Source: Strigamia acuminata
Taxonomy: Eukaryota
Length of the DNA: 64,000 nt
Reading direction: 5' to 3'
NCBI GenBank assembly: GCA_949358305.1
Contig: OX442314.1
Span: 29,450,001-29,514,000 of the forward strand
Shown here in pieces: positions 24,001 to 35,296 of the stretch. Below the pieces are notes generated by a model that was not told the origin of the DNA, did not search any database, and was given only the letters and a program-made list of their open reading frames with translations. Within the stretch, counting starts at the first letter, position 1; the number at the start of each line of letters is the position of its first letter. A program made the translations under genes and the position numbers.

Positions 24001-25166
24001 ATTGTCTCTGTCCCAACCAAGCACATGATGCAGACATCTCCAACTCCTTGAATTTGGATGAGTGTCTTCTTATCAGCTTGACTGATCGTTCCCGTCATCT
24101 CTCGAAAATTGTGAAATTGATTTCTGTCTTTGCAGAAATGTCCGGTGGCCCCAGTGTCGTAGATCCAGCAGTTGTTGGCTCCGCTGCACTGCAATGTCTC
24201 TTGTTCACTTATTTCTGTGAGAAATCCCACATCCAACATGGCGGTATCAAGTTCTTCTGCTGTGTTTGATTTCATGTTGCTATTTGGCGCCAATTGCAAT
24301 TGTGCTGTGCAGTCTTTGGCCCAATGTCCATGTTGGTTGCACCGGAAACACGGCCCCCGTCCCGTTGACCCGGTCGCATTTCCTCTGAAATTTCCTCTCG
24401 TGTTCTTGCCACCTCGATAATTTGGTTTGCCGCCCTTTTGTCCACTTTGAAATCCGCGGTTGTTTTGGCTAAAGTTCCCTTGTTGTTGAGGTTTTGAATT
24501 GTCACTATTTTTTGCGTTGGCAGAACCCTGTCCTGTGCTGAAGGCGTCAATGATTGGCCCCTGGCCCGAATCCCTCTTTTGTTGAGCTAGACGTCCTTCT
24601 TCCGCAACCAGTTCGGCCTCGACCTTTTCTAAAGTGAAATTCGCGTCCTCCCATCTGTATATTGCTTGTACGATGGATTGATATTCTTGCGGCAAATACC
24701 GTATCAGCTGGAAAGCTTGATAAAGATTGTCCAATTGGTGCTTAACATCCGCTAATTTTCTCGCTGCATTTCGTATTTTTGCTGCGAATACTCCAATTGT
24801 TTCCGTTTCCTTGTCATATTTTAAGTTGAAAAATTCGTCCAGCAAACGTATAATGCGTGCACGAGAAACCGGCTCAAAGTTCAGCTTTAGTGTGTTCCAG
24901 GCTAATTTTGCATCTTCAACGCCACTGAGCAATTCGTGGTATTGCTCCTCGATGGAGTAGTAGATGAGACTAAAAGCTCTGCCTTTTCTCAGCTTATAGT
25001 CGTAACGATCCCGCCATGATGCTCCTGGTGCCAATGCCTCTTCTGATCCATCTGTGAAGGCCCAGCAACCATGATGCATCAACAAAACTTTAACCTGTTG
25101 TTTCCACGTGTCATAATTGGTTCTGTTCAATAATGTCACTTTCCTTTCTAATTTGTCCGAATCCAT
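21090..25166 (-). CDS. Copia D gag-pol polyprotein (gag, CCHC, PR, INT, MBD-like, RT, start of RNase H), truncated by element E
   Basis: CFRCNQHGHWAKDC, WIYDTGATGH, LWHERLGH, HMDVCG, RTDNGMEF, YKARLVAQGF, YVDDI, YSDSDY. Confidence 0.95.
22386..22517 (-). other. MBD-like (methyl-CpG-binding) domain between integrase and RT of Copia D
   Basis: WKKTEKTRATGQKDYEYTIEGYDKPKLRSIPDVKRYC fits the MBD pattern W-x5-R-x-x-G...D-x-x-Y...K-L-R-S-x3-V-x-R-Y. Confidence 0.75.
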
Positions 25167-25882
25167 GGCAAAATAGTAGCACTTTTGTACACAAACCACC
25201 CCAAAAACACTTTCTGTACTGGTTTATCACAACAAAGTGCAAAGTTGTGATGTTAGTTCGCTCTTATAGATAAGTTAGTAGTAAATCCTAACACAGTACT
25301 AAGCTAATAAATGTATTCAAATTGTATTCGAAATAAACACTAATATTGTTCATAAATTTGATGTTTTCCCGTTGTATTCCTCGTTTGGTTACACTTCACG
25401 TGTAGTTGAAACCCAGTATTGTTCTTTTCTCGAATTTCGTCTCGTTCTTCGAACGTCGTGTCGTTTCTCCGTTGCACAAACTGTTCGCAAAATTGTCCGT
25501 CGTTTTTCACGTTATTTCCTGGCGATTTGAATTCACACTTCGCGTGTGGTTGACTGGTGGAGTCGCCGACGTATCGCCTACGTTTTCCAGCCGAAAATAT
25601 CGTCGTGTTGACGATACGTATCGCACCTTGCGATACGTGGACAAAATTTCCAAAAAAAAGGAAGAAAAACGTTTAAATAAAATGTCAATTGTTATTTTCG
25701 AACCCGTCAATGATCCTGCACTGCTTGGCATCCAATTGTCGGCTCGAAATCCGTGAAATCCAGGCAAGAAGACAACTTGTTTACTTCTACCATGGGCGCC
25801 GCCATATTGGATTTGGAGGAAAATTCACTTCTGACCTCTAAATGCTTCAAATTCACTGTGGACGTTTTTCCTTCGTTATTGT

Positions 25883-25893
25883 GGCCCATAACC
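25883..25893 (-). other. Copia D primer-binding site (internal or half tRNAi-Met type)
   Basis: GGTTATGGGCC directly after the 5' LTR, the type used by Drosophila copia. Confidence 0.85.
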
Positions 25894-25894
25894 T

Positions 25895-26202
25895 TGTTAA
25901 ATCCCGGTAAATAATGGTGTGGATTTACTCATAACACAGTGGTGTGGAAAAACTCCTAATTGGAAAGAAACACACAAGACCTTTTGTGGTTCAAAGCATA
26001 ACATAGAGTGAGAACTTTATTCATATGTCACGTGCCTCCTTGGGTATACAGCGCCACCTGTTGGCATGACATAACAATAATATACACTAATGATCGCACC
26101 TATTTGTGCAAACGTAAACAAACACTCATATAATGAAAAGAACACTGTCGATTGATAATACGATACACACATGGTAAAGTTAACATACACAATAAGTTAA
26201 CA
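25895..26202 (-). repeat. Copia D 5' LTR
   Basis: Direct repeat of 10913-11220. Confidence 0.95.
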
Positions 26203-27439
26203 CATCCAAACTGGATCATAAGATATTAGTATCCTCCGCTCGCACAATTTATGAACCGCGTCAGTATGTCCCGCAAAAAGACCACCCTCACATGTCTTGC
26301 AAAAATCCCGAAACAGTGGGACCCCTGCGCGGCAAACTCGTAATCGAAATCCCCTGCACTGGCTGACATCATATGCAGACAACAATGCATATGATCTGGC
26401 GTCATCCGACACAGCCAAAAAATCCCACCTGGGCCTTATCTCAACAGAAAAATTGCTCCCCTCTGCCGTGACCGGAAATGGCAAAATTCGAAACAAATGA
26501 AACTCTCCCTCAGCTGTACGTAATGGAATTTGTACAAAAATCCGCAGCATCGACCCCATTACTCCGACAACTACAGTACTCCAATCGTAAAAACGAAAAA
26601 CGGTATCCCCCGTATCCGGTGTTGCAAAAGTGACCCCATGTGGTAATCGTGTGCGAATACCTGACAGAACTCGCTGCAACAACTTAGGCCGGATAAAAAA
26701 CGGTGATAACTTCCCATTCGCTGCTGCATCTAGTGCCTCTTGCAATTTTACCAATTCAACCCGAAATCTGTCAAGAAACGAACTGACCGCCGCAATTCGA
26801 AGATTGACAACAACATCCATCTCTTGGTCCTTCATCCGTCTACTAAGCTGTACTACTGTTGACGTTAAACGCCGCAACCATCGTCGAGTGATATCCGCCG
26901 CATGAACTGTACTGTTGACAATTGTTGCCAAAGAATCCATAAGATGTAAAACCCTTTGCTCACTCTGCTCGTACTGGTCAATTCGTTGACTGACCTTTCG
27001 TAGATCATCTTGATCAGCCACACCAAAAACAAACTTCAATGCCTTTCCGCCAACATCAATTAAACCTCTCCTGGACCGCTCCTGCTTGGTAACGGACATC
27101 CTGATGTCTTCTAAGTCCCCGAGCAACGTTGCGACCTCTTTCTGCAACCGGGCTAGTTCCATCAAAGACAGATTCTTGTACACAATGTAAAATCCCTCCT
27201 CTTTCCAATTCGCAACTTCCTTCCAAAGAAATTCCAATTGCGCTGCACCCATTTCCAAAATAGTACTGTATGTTGTAAACGAAACATCCTGAACAATCGT
27301 CCAACTTGCACCCGTAAACGAGAAAGAACCACGTGGGAGCAAAATAACTCCCTTTGACATATCAACATGCTCAATGCCCATCACTGGCATTTCGGCCATC
27401 GCAAACAGTACAATCGCAATATTGGTTAACCATCTTGCC
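26203..27439 (-). pseudogene. Gypsy B env, N-terminal part (baculovirus-F/errantivirus-type fusion protein)
   Basis: Splice acceptor TTTTACTTTAG|G at 27439, signal-like WLTNIAIVLFAMA, and furin site plus fusion peptide RSRR|GLIDVGGKALKFVFGVAD. About 635 aa when rejoined with 10236-10907. Confidence 0.88.
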
Positions 27440-27546
27440 CTAAAGTAAAATAAACATTAAACAAACAAAAATAAGTCTTAACAAGAGCTATTCACAATCC
27501 TCCAAAAAAAAATATAAGATCAATAAAACAACAATAATAAAAGAAG

Positions 27547-27577
<31 letters not shown>

Positions 27578-27593
27578 TTTCCTCCGCCACTGA

Positions 27594-27787
27594 CTATCGG
27601 CGCTGTCTCGTTGGAACCGGCATCACCCATGGATAGTCGGGAACATTTCCACGACTGCGTAATGCATGTCCCACAGGTGGTGCAAGTTGAGGTCCCAACG
27701 TCTGACCATCTAAACCATCTTCACATAAATCGTTGCCCTGTGCATTTCCAATCAGAAGCAGATCGTCGTCTAACATTGGCAACATAT
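27594..27787 (-). pseudogene. Gypsy B pol C-terminal tail, separated by insertion of Gypsy C
   Basis: ...ENSQDD|MLPMLDDD... rejoins in frame across TSD ATAT. Confidence 0.85.
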
Positions 27788-28310
27788 TGTCACGTGTACG
27801 AACCGTGCCAATTAATGCGCGATTCGTAGCACGTAATTCGGACTATTATTACTTAAACGTTGCTAAATTTCGGCCACAGATGGCGCTGACGGTTGGATTC
27901 CGTCATCGCCATGTGATGGACCGATCAATTCAATTATGGGGTTTATGGCAGATTTGCTATAAATAAGGAGCCCGCACTAAGACAGGTCTCTAATCACTTT
28001 GCTTTTCAGAACCTAGAGAGTCTGATGTCGCCTCAATAAAGAGCGCGGCTGATGACTATAAAACCAATTTGATTGCATTACATTTGGATTATCACACAGT
28101 TGTTTTATAACCCAATTAATAAAGGTTGTATGATTTAATGAGAATGTAAAATGACAATTTATCCAAATATCATTCTGACCTGTTTGAGAATAAAACTGAA
28201 TTGAATTTGAAACATAAAACCAATCTCATCCTTTCCTGTCACACTCACTAAAAACCCCAAATTAAACACAGTTGCGTGGAAACCTAATTAGGCCCAGAAA
28301 CCACGTAACA
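27788..28310 (+). repeat. Gypsy C 5' LTR
   Basis: Direct repeat of 37037-37559. Contains TATAAATA (27958) and AATAAA. Confidence 0.95.
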
Positions 28311-29315
28311 AATGGTGGAGATCGCGGTTCTTTCCCCGGGACCAAAAGTAGAATAAAAACCCCGAAATTAGAGTTAAAAATCATTAAAATTGTAAAATTT
28401 AGAGTAAAATGAGTGAAATTGGAATTAAAATTACATAAAATTGGCAAATTTAGCTTAAAAATAGCTTTGAAAATCATATAAAATTTAGAGAAATCCCAAC
28501 CTAATTTGAATATGAGTGATTCATTTGTGATATTGATAGGAAAGTGAGAGTGAGTCATTGCTAATAAATAAATAGGTCAATTAGATTGAAAATTGGCAAA
28601 GTCTAAAAAAAAAAAAAATAAAATAAAATAGAATAGAAGTTTTGAATGTTTAAATTGGATGAATTTGCATTTGATTGATATTTACTGTGATATTTGACTT
28701 TGAATTGAATTAATATAGTGCTATTGATTGAATTTTGATGAAATTTAATGAAATTGAATAGTAATGAGGAATTTAATTGTGAATGTGAGAAAAAATTGAA
28801 TAATAATAGAGAATATATTGTTTATATTTATTAATGAATTTGTTTTTCCTGTTTGAGCATTTTTGTAAAGTGTTATTAATAAGAGATTTTTCCTTGAATA
28901 GTTTTGATGAAATTTTGTAATTATGACCGTGAAAATGAATTGTTTTTGATATTTTTGTGAAAAATGATGACCGTGAAAGTGTTTTTTTTTTTTGTTCTTG
29001 AATTCTTTTGTAGAAATTTTTGAGATTTGATTGTAAAAATTGAATTGTTTAATCATTGAATTGTTCTAGTATTTTGAAAGATTTTTGTAAAGATTGAAGT
29101 GTTTAATCACTGATTTATTTTTCAGAAAGTGAAAAGTGTTTTGTGTGCTAAAGAGTTATAGTGTTATTTATAACTGGAAAAGTGAATTAAAAGTGCTTCG
29201 AGCCAAAGGATTGTGTCTTCTCTACAATTAATAAATCATTGCGGACTCTAGACGTTACGCGTTTTCAAAATACGTAACGGATTACCTGCTCTCAGGTAGT
29301 AAGAAAGAAGAAGAG

Positions 29316-30737
29316 TTGGAAGAAGAGACAGCATTGAGTGACAAGGTGACTGAGCGAAAGAGGGGGCCAAAACCCAAAGAGGGACTTAAAACTCAAAAAA
29401 GGGAAGGTGAAACCCCGCAACAGCACCGAATACGAGTTGTTAGTGCTGATCTTCAAGCTGAATTGTTCCCACACGAGGTGGAGCAATTAGGAGAATTATT
29501 GATACGAGAACAGGGTGATCAGGACGACGCAGACGAGAAGGACGTTTTCCAAGACGTTGAGGAGCAACCAAATTTAGAACTTTCATATTTGTGTATTAAT
29601 AAAGAACAATCACCAATTAAAATGGCAAATGCTTCACCAGAACTTGTAGCAATACAGACGGTATTACAAAATTTAGTGGTTAATAGAAGAAATCCAGTTG
29701 ACTTTGATCCGGCGACAGGAAATATTGACACATGGCTGATCGGATATGAAGATACAATAGCCGATGACACCGAGAGAATTAAACATCTATCAATTGTGCT
29801 GAAATCCTCCGCATCATCGTGGTATCTAGATCAACTTCCACAACATCCGACTAGAACATGGAGTCAATGGAAAGATGCGTTGAAGGCAAAATTCAGACGA
29901 CAAATAACAACAATTTTGTCGAAATTACAGGCAATGCAGCACAAAGATGGGACAGCTTTGGAACATATGCAGAAAATATTAAAAGAATGTTCTTTTGCGA
30001 GACCAGCATTTACTGAAGAACAAAAGATATTTCATGTGTTTCAAGGACTTAAAAAGGTGACTAGAGATAAATTGGTAGTCAATTTTCCAAAGACATTGGA
30101 TCAGTTAACATCTCAACTTGGATTATTGGAAGCTCATGCATTCAGTGAGGACCCTGCAGAAGTTTTGCTAACCCTACTGCAAAAAGCTGTTGATACAACA
30201 GGCGAGGTGAAACCAAGCTTGTTAGTTGAACCGAGCGACGTCAATAAAACCAAAGACGAGTTGTTAGCAGAGGTCAAAGTGCTAAGACAACAGCAGCAGT
30301 TTGGGGAAGTTCAATATGCAGAGGTTACTCCTGTCTTCTATCAAAATCAATGGTACACACCACATCCAAACCAGGCCCAGTTCTACAATAGAGGCAACTT
30401 TAGAGGACGATCTGGACAACAACGTGGATGGTGGAATAACGATAATAGGAACCAAGGAAGAGGATGGAATAATAACAAAGGTCAAAACAGAGGCAATTGG
30501 AATAATCAGTGGAATAATTCAGGTCAAGGATTCCAACAGCAATATCCACAACAGCAGTGGAACTCACCACAACAGCAATGGAATCCACAACAAGGACAAA
30601 GACCACAGGGGAACCCAAATAACCAAGGCCATCCATTAAATCCAAACTATAAAGGTAAAAATTTTATTGAAAATTACCGAGGCCGAGGAAATCGAGGAGC
30701 CCCACGTGGTGGACCAATTAATCCATCGGGAAACTAG
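29316..30737 (+). CDS. Gypsy C gag (first ATG 29622; no zinc knuckle, N/Q/G/R-rich C-terminus)
   Basis: SASSWY...TWSQWKDALKAKF capsid-like motif. Ends in a G-GGA-AAC slippery heptamer (30728-30734) before TAG. Confidence 0.85.
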   Translation: MEEETALSDKVTERKRGPKPKEGLKTQKREGETPQQHRIRVVSADLQAELFPHEVEQLGELLIREQGDQDDADEKDVFQDVEEQPNLELSYLCINKEQSPIKMANASPELVAIQTVLQNLVVNRRNPVDFDPATGNIDTWLIGYEDTIADDTERIKHLSIVLKSSASSWYLDQLPQHPTRTWSQWKDALKAKFRRQITTILSKLQAMQHKDGTALEHMQKILKECSFARPAFTEEQKIFHVFQGLKKVTRDKLVVNFPKTLDQLTSQLGLLEAHAFSEDPAEVLLTLLQKAVDTTGEVKPSLLVEPSDVNKTKDELLAEVKVLRQQQQFGEVQYAEVTPVFYQNQWYTPHPNQAQFYNRGNFRGRSGQQRGWWNNDNRNQGRGWNNNKGQNRGNWNNQWNNSGQGFQQQYPQQQWNSPQQQWNPQQGQRPQGNPNNQGHPLNPNYKGKNFIENYRGRGNRGAPRGGPINPSGN

Positions 30738-33700
30738 AATGGCCACAAAGACGAAATAACAAGAAGAAAAGAAGAAAGAGAAAATTAGAAATCATCGAGT
30801 TACACGCTATGGACGAACTTTTACAGATTCCAGTAGTATTAAATGGTATGGAAATCACTGGTGTCTTGGATTCTGGAGGTTTTCGCAACATCATTAGTGA
30901 AGATTTGGTGAGAACTCTGCAGCTCAAATATCAACCCTGCCCAGGTGTTCGATTGAGAGTTGTGGATGGCTCATTGATAGTCCCAGAAGGAAAAACCAGG
31001 ATTACCATTGATGTTGGACAACAACAACACACCATCGACGTATTGATCGTTAATGGATTTGGACGCCATTTACTGCTGGGAGATAATTTCTTAAGATCTG
31101 CAAGGTGTAAACTCGATTATGACCAACAGAAGATCTTTGTAGGCCCAAAAGATGAACAACAAGAAGTTTTCCCAATGTCAAAGAACCATACTGATGTAAA
31201 TTACATAGCCCGAGTTTTAAAACCAATAACAATTCCAGCATTACATGAATGTGTAGTTCCAATTAAAATTGCAAAGAAAGTAGATGATGAACTTTTTATA
31301 GAACCACTCAGTGGAGTAATTGATTGTTTTGGAGTGATTTGTTGCAAAACATTGACTAAATTCAGAAAAGGTGAAGGAGTTCTGCGAGTTGCGAATCCAA
31401 CTAAAAAGACAATCTATTTAGGAAAAAACTCAGCAATCGCAAAGGCCTTTTATGTAATTGAGTCTGGCGTGCTTGATGAAAACAGAGTTAATCAATTTGA
31501 CTTTAGCACGGCCATGGCAAATGATAATATGACGCCATCACAACAAGAACTAATGCGACAACTGCTGGAGAAAAATTCAGATAGATTTGCGAAGACTGAC
31601 AATGATTTAGGCAGAGCTCATACGATTAAACATCGAATTGATACTGGAGATTCTCCTCCAATTCATTTACAACCTTATAGACGATCGATTAAGGAAAAAG
31701 AAATCGAGGATGCTGAAACAAAGAAGTTACTTGAGCAAGGAGTCATTAGAGAATCTGAGAGCCCATGGAGTGCACCAGTACTACTCGTCAAGAAAAGAGA
31801 CGGCAAATGGAGATTTTGTGTTGATTGGAGACGGTTAAATGCGGTAACAAAGAAAATGGTTTATCCCTTACCACGTATTGATGACACCCTAGATCAATTA
31901 GCGGGTGCGAAGTATTTTTCAATGATGGATCTCATCCAGGGATATCACCAAGTTGAAATAGATGAACAAGATCGTGAAAAGACAGCATTTACTACGTCGA
32001 GCGGACATTATGAGTTTAATGTCCTCGGAATGGGATTATGTAACAGCCCAGCCGCTTTTCAAAAATTGATGAACAAAGTGCTTGGTAACCTCTTGGGAAA
32101 AGTATGCATAGCATATCTTGATGATTTGATAGTGTTTTCAAAGACTTTCGACCAGCACCTCGTCGATTTGGAGGCAGTTTTCCAGAAGCTTAGAATAGCG
32201 AATCTCAAAGTTAAGCTGAGCAAATGTACGTTTGCGACACACACCATTCGATATCTCGGACATGTGGTTGATGCAGAAGGTATTTCACCGGATCCCAGGA
32301 ACCTGGATTCTGTGGCCAAGTTTCCAATTCCTGTGAACGTTAAACAACTACGTGGTTTTCTTGGATTATGCTCGTATTACCGGAAATTTATTAAAGGTTT
32401 TGCGGACATTTCCAAACCTCTGGTGAATTTAACCAAAAAGGATGAAAAATTTGATTGGGGACCTCCCCATGAAAAAGCATTCCACACGCTTCGAACAGCA
32501 TTAATAACAGTGCCGGTGTTAGCGCATCCAGATTTTGCTCAGCCCTTCATGATTTCATGCGATGCAAGTGCCTATGGATTAGGAGCTATTTTGAAGCAAA
32601 AAGTCAACAATCAAGAGCGTGCCATCGCTTATGCAAGTCGTATGATGAGCACAGCAGAAATGAATTACACTGCAACTGAAAGGGAAATGTTAGCAATTAT
32701 CTTTGCTATTGAAAAGTTTAGACCGTACCTATATGGACAGAAATTCCAAATTATTACCGACCATTCTGCCCTCCAATGGCTGAAAGGAGTCCGAAATCCA
32801 AATGGACGTCTGGCCAGGTGGGCGCTGCAACTAGCTGAGTATGATTTTGAAATATTTCATAAAAGCGGCAAGAAACATACAGATGCCGATGCTTTAAGTA
32901 GGATCCAGGAAGAATTGAGTGAAGAAGAAATAGAAAAATTACCTTCGCTTTTCTTAGAAAATTTGGACCTCCCTGGTGAACAGAGGAAGGATCCCAAACT
33001 ACTGGACCTAATAACAGCGCTAGAAAACCAAGAGCAACTTCCAAGAAAAAGAAGACGACCACTAAAGCAGTTCGTTCTTCAAAATAAAACGTTGTTCAGG
33101 AAGAAAAAACTTAACAGTTCCCTGAACATGGAAGATTTATTACTAGTAGTCCCAAAACAACTTCAAAAAGATGTATTGTATGAAATGCACGATGGATTAC
33201 TAGGAGCTCATTTGGGATTGGCAAAAACGTGGAAACGAATAAGAACACGATTTTTCTGGACAAGAATTTATAAAGATGTTAGAAATTACGTCTTGTCCTG
33301 CCAACATTGCGCAAAAGCAAAAACAATGACAACGCCAGCTAAAGGATTGATGCAGCCAGGGTCAACAGTCTCAAAACCTTTTGAGCGAATTGGAATAGAC
33401 ACACTTGGACCATTTCCATTGTCACGACTTGGAAATAAACATGTGTTTGTTGTAACTGACTATCTTTCTAGAAATGCAATAGCTAGACCAGCAGCAGCAG
33501 CTACAGCATTAGAAGCAGCGAAAACATTGCTTTACGAAGTTATTCTGAAAGAGGGCAGTCCAAGAGAGATTCTAAGCGATCGTGGAACGGAATACAGGAA
33601 TAAAATGGTCGAGGAAGTCTCAAATATGTTTAAAAGTTTGCATAAAACTACGTCAGGATACCATCCAAGAACAAATGGATTAACTGAGAGATTTAATGCG

Positions 33701-34534
33701 ACATTCGCAAAAATGTTGCAAAGTTACGTCAATGATGAACATACTGATTGGGACGAATTTCTTCCATTTCTCCTGTTTTCATATAACACGGCCGTTCATG
33801 AAACAACAGGATATACACCACACTATTTACTTCGTGGATATGATGTGGATTTGACAGTAGATGTTAATTTGGACCTGCCACAGAAAGAATTTACTTTAAG
33901 GACAGCGAAATTCATTCGAGCAGCCAGGAAAATTGCAAATGAGAGACTTGAAAAACAATCTGTAAAAAGTAAGAAAAGATTTGATGAGGATAGAGTCAAC
34001 AAAGAGTTTGAACCAGGTGAATTGGTTTATTTGAAGACCATCAACAGAAAAGTTGGCTTATCAGAGAAGCTTTTGCCGCAATTTTCCGGCCCTTATGAAA
34101 TTGTGAGAAGAACTGCACCTAATAACTATGAAATTATCAATTCTACGAGAAAGAAAAGTGATATAGTGAATGTAGAAAGGTTAAAGCCATATAAGGAACG
34201 AATTGAAGAAGAAATAGATGAAGTTCTGAAAGATATGCCAGAAAAGAAAGTGGAATTTGCGGATAAAGTGAAGAAAATCAGTAAAAAAGGTGAAATTGTA
34301 GTTGAAAACACAGAAAAACTAGTGAAAACAACGAAAATTAAGCCAAAAGAACGATATATAGATGATACAGAACAAATCTCATTGAAATCACTGTTTGAAC
34401 CACAGCCTTTGATAGGAACAAGTGAAAACCAACTTAAAAACCTGCCACCAGATGGCGTAGGTACACAGAATGACGATATCCGGTCGCGCAGACTCAGACC
34501 GCAGAAACGAAAAAACTATCGCCATTTCTACTGA
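30728..34534 (+). CDS. Gypsy C pol (PR-RT-RH-INT), uninterrupted, reached by a -1 frameshift
   Basis: VLDSGG, FCVDWRRLN, AYLDDLI, CDASAYG, TDHSAL, HLG...CQHC, GIDTLGP, SDRGTEY, NGLTERFN, FSGPY. Confidence 0.96.
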   Translation, partial: GKLEWPQRRNNKKKRRKRKLEIIELHAMDELLQIPVVLNGMEITGVLDSGGFRNIISEDLVRTLQLKYQPCPGVRLRVVDGSLIVPEGKTRITIDVGQQQHTIDVLIVNGFGRHLLLGDNFLRSARCKLDYDQQKIFVGPKDEQQEVFPMSKNHTDVNYIARVLKPITIPALHECVVPIKIAKKVDDELFIEPLSGVIDCFGVICCKTLTKFRKGEGVLRVANPTKKTIYLGKNSAIAKAFYVIESGVLDENRVNQFDFSTAMANDNMTPSQQELMRQLLEKNSDRFAKTDNDLGRAHTIKHRIDTGDSPPIHLQPYRRSIKEKEIEDAETKKLLEQGVIRESESPWSAPVLLVKKRDGKWRFCVDWRRLNAVTKKMVYPLPRIDDTLDQLAGAKYFSMMDLIQGYHQVEIDEQDREKTAFTTSSGHYEFNVLGMGLCNSPAAFQKLMNKVLGNLLGKVCIAYLDDLIVFSKTFDQHLVDLEAVFQKLRIANLKVKLSKCTFATHTIRYLGHVVDAEGISPDPRNLDSVAKFPIPVNVKQLRGFLGLCSYYRKFIKGFADISKPLVNLTKKDEKFDWGPPHEKAFHTLRTALITVPVLAHPDFAQPFMISCDASAYGLGAILKQKVNNQERAIAYASRMMSTAEMNYTATEREMLAIIFAIEKFRPYLYGQKFQIITDHSALQWLKGVRNPNGRLARWALQLAEYDFEIFHKSGKKHTDADALSRIQEELSEEEIEKLPSLFLENLDLPGEQRKDPKLLDLITALENQEQLPRKRRRPLKQFVLQNKTLFRKKKLNSSLNMEDLLLVVPKQLQKDVLYEMHDGLLGAHLGLAKTWKRIRTRFFWTRIYKDVRNYVLSCQHCAKAKTMTTPAKGLMQPGSTVSKPFERIGIDTLGPFPLSRLGNKHVFVVTDYLSRNAIARPAAAATALEAAKTLLYEVILKEGSPREILSDRGTEYRNKMVEEVSNMFKSLHKTTSGYHPRTNGLTERFNATFAKMLQSYVNDEHTDWDEFLPFLLFSYNTAVHETTGYTPHYLLRGYDVDLTVDVNLDLPQKEFTLRTAKFIRAARKIANERLEKQSVKSKKRFDEDRVNKEFEPGELVYLKTINRKVGLSEKLLPQFSGPYEIVRRTAPNNYEIINSTRKKSDIVNVERLKPYKERIEEEIDEVLKDMPEKKVEFADKVKKISKKGEIVVENTEKLVKTTKIKPKERYIDDTEQISLKSLFEPQPLIGTSENQLKNLPPDGVGTQNDDIRSRRLRPQKRKNYRHFY

Positions 34535-35296
34535 TTTTGCTACGGTGAACACGAACTTATAGTGTGACCCGGAAACAAGATCCTCTTTTGATTATATATT
34601 GATATTTTGTGTATTGAATTGTGTTTTGAAAGGTTTGTACAAATGAATTGAATATTTTTAAGTGGTTTGTGAAACAAATTGTGAAGTTTTGAGTGTTTTA
34701 TAAGCGAATTTTCGCGAGTGGAGACCAGTCGCGAGTTTCGCCCATTCGTTTGAAATTTTATTGGACCTGATAATTTAGGTAAAGTTTTAAAATAAGTTGT
34801 AGTTGAATTTGATATTATAGTAGAGTAATTTAAAAATAGTTATAAAGGAAAAATTAATAATGCGAATGGCCGAGAATGCGAGAGGAATCTATCGCGAATT
34901 TCGTGTGAGAATTTAACGTGTTGAAATTTTAGTAAATTTAATGTAAATATTTCACGGCATGATTTTGATTGAATGTTAATAGGAATTAATTATTGTAAAT
35001 AATTGGAATAAGTTGATGTTTTAACGGTATTGTTAATTTTAAAGAAAATTAGAGAAATTGGAAAAATATTTTTGAATTTGTTTTTTTTTTCCCATTTTGG
35101 AAAATTGTTAAGAGTTGTAATTTATTATGAAAATGCTTGTTTTTTTTTTTATGTGAAAGGTTTGGTTTATTGAGTGAAAGAATGATTTATATTTGTTTTT
35201 TAGTATATTATTTATTTCATTTTTTTTTTTCTTCTCTCCTTTTCCATCAGATAAGTTAGGAGAGTTCAGTGATTTCAAAGTGAGGTGTATTTGCCA

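Larger units (their letters stand above)
10913..26202 (-). mobile_element. Copia/Ty1 retrotransposon D (CopiaMBD-like), interrupted by element E
   Basis: 308-bp LTRs 10913-11220 and 25895-26202 (TGTT...AACA, one mismatch seen at 11128/26110) and 5-bp TSD CATCC (10908-10912, 26203-26207). Confidence 0.96.

Noticed and set aside
28047..28075. CTGATGA in the Gypsy C LTR as a hammerhead ribozyme core
   Set aside because: There is no stem II followed by GAAA.
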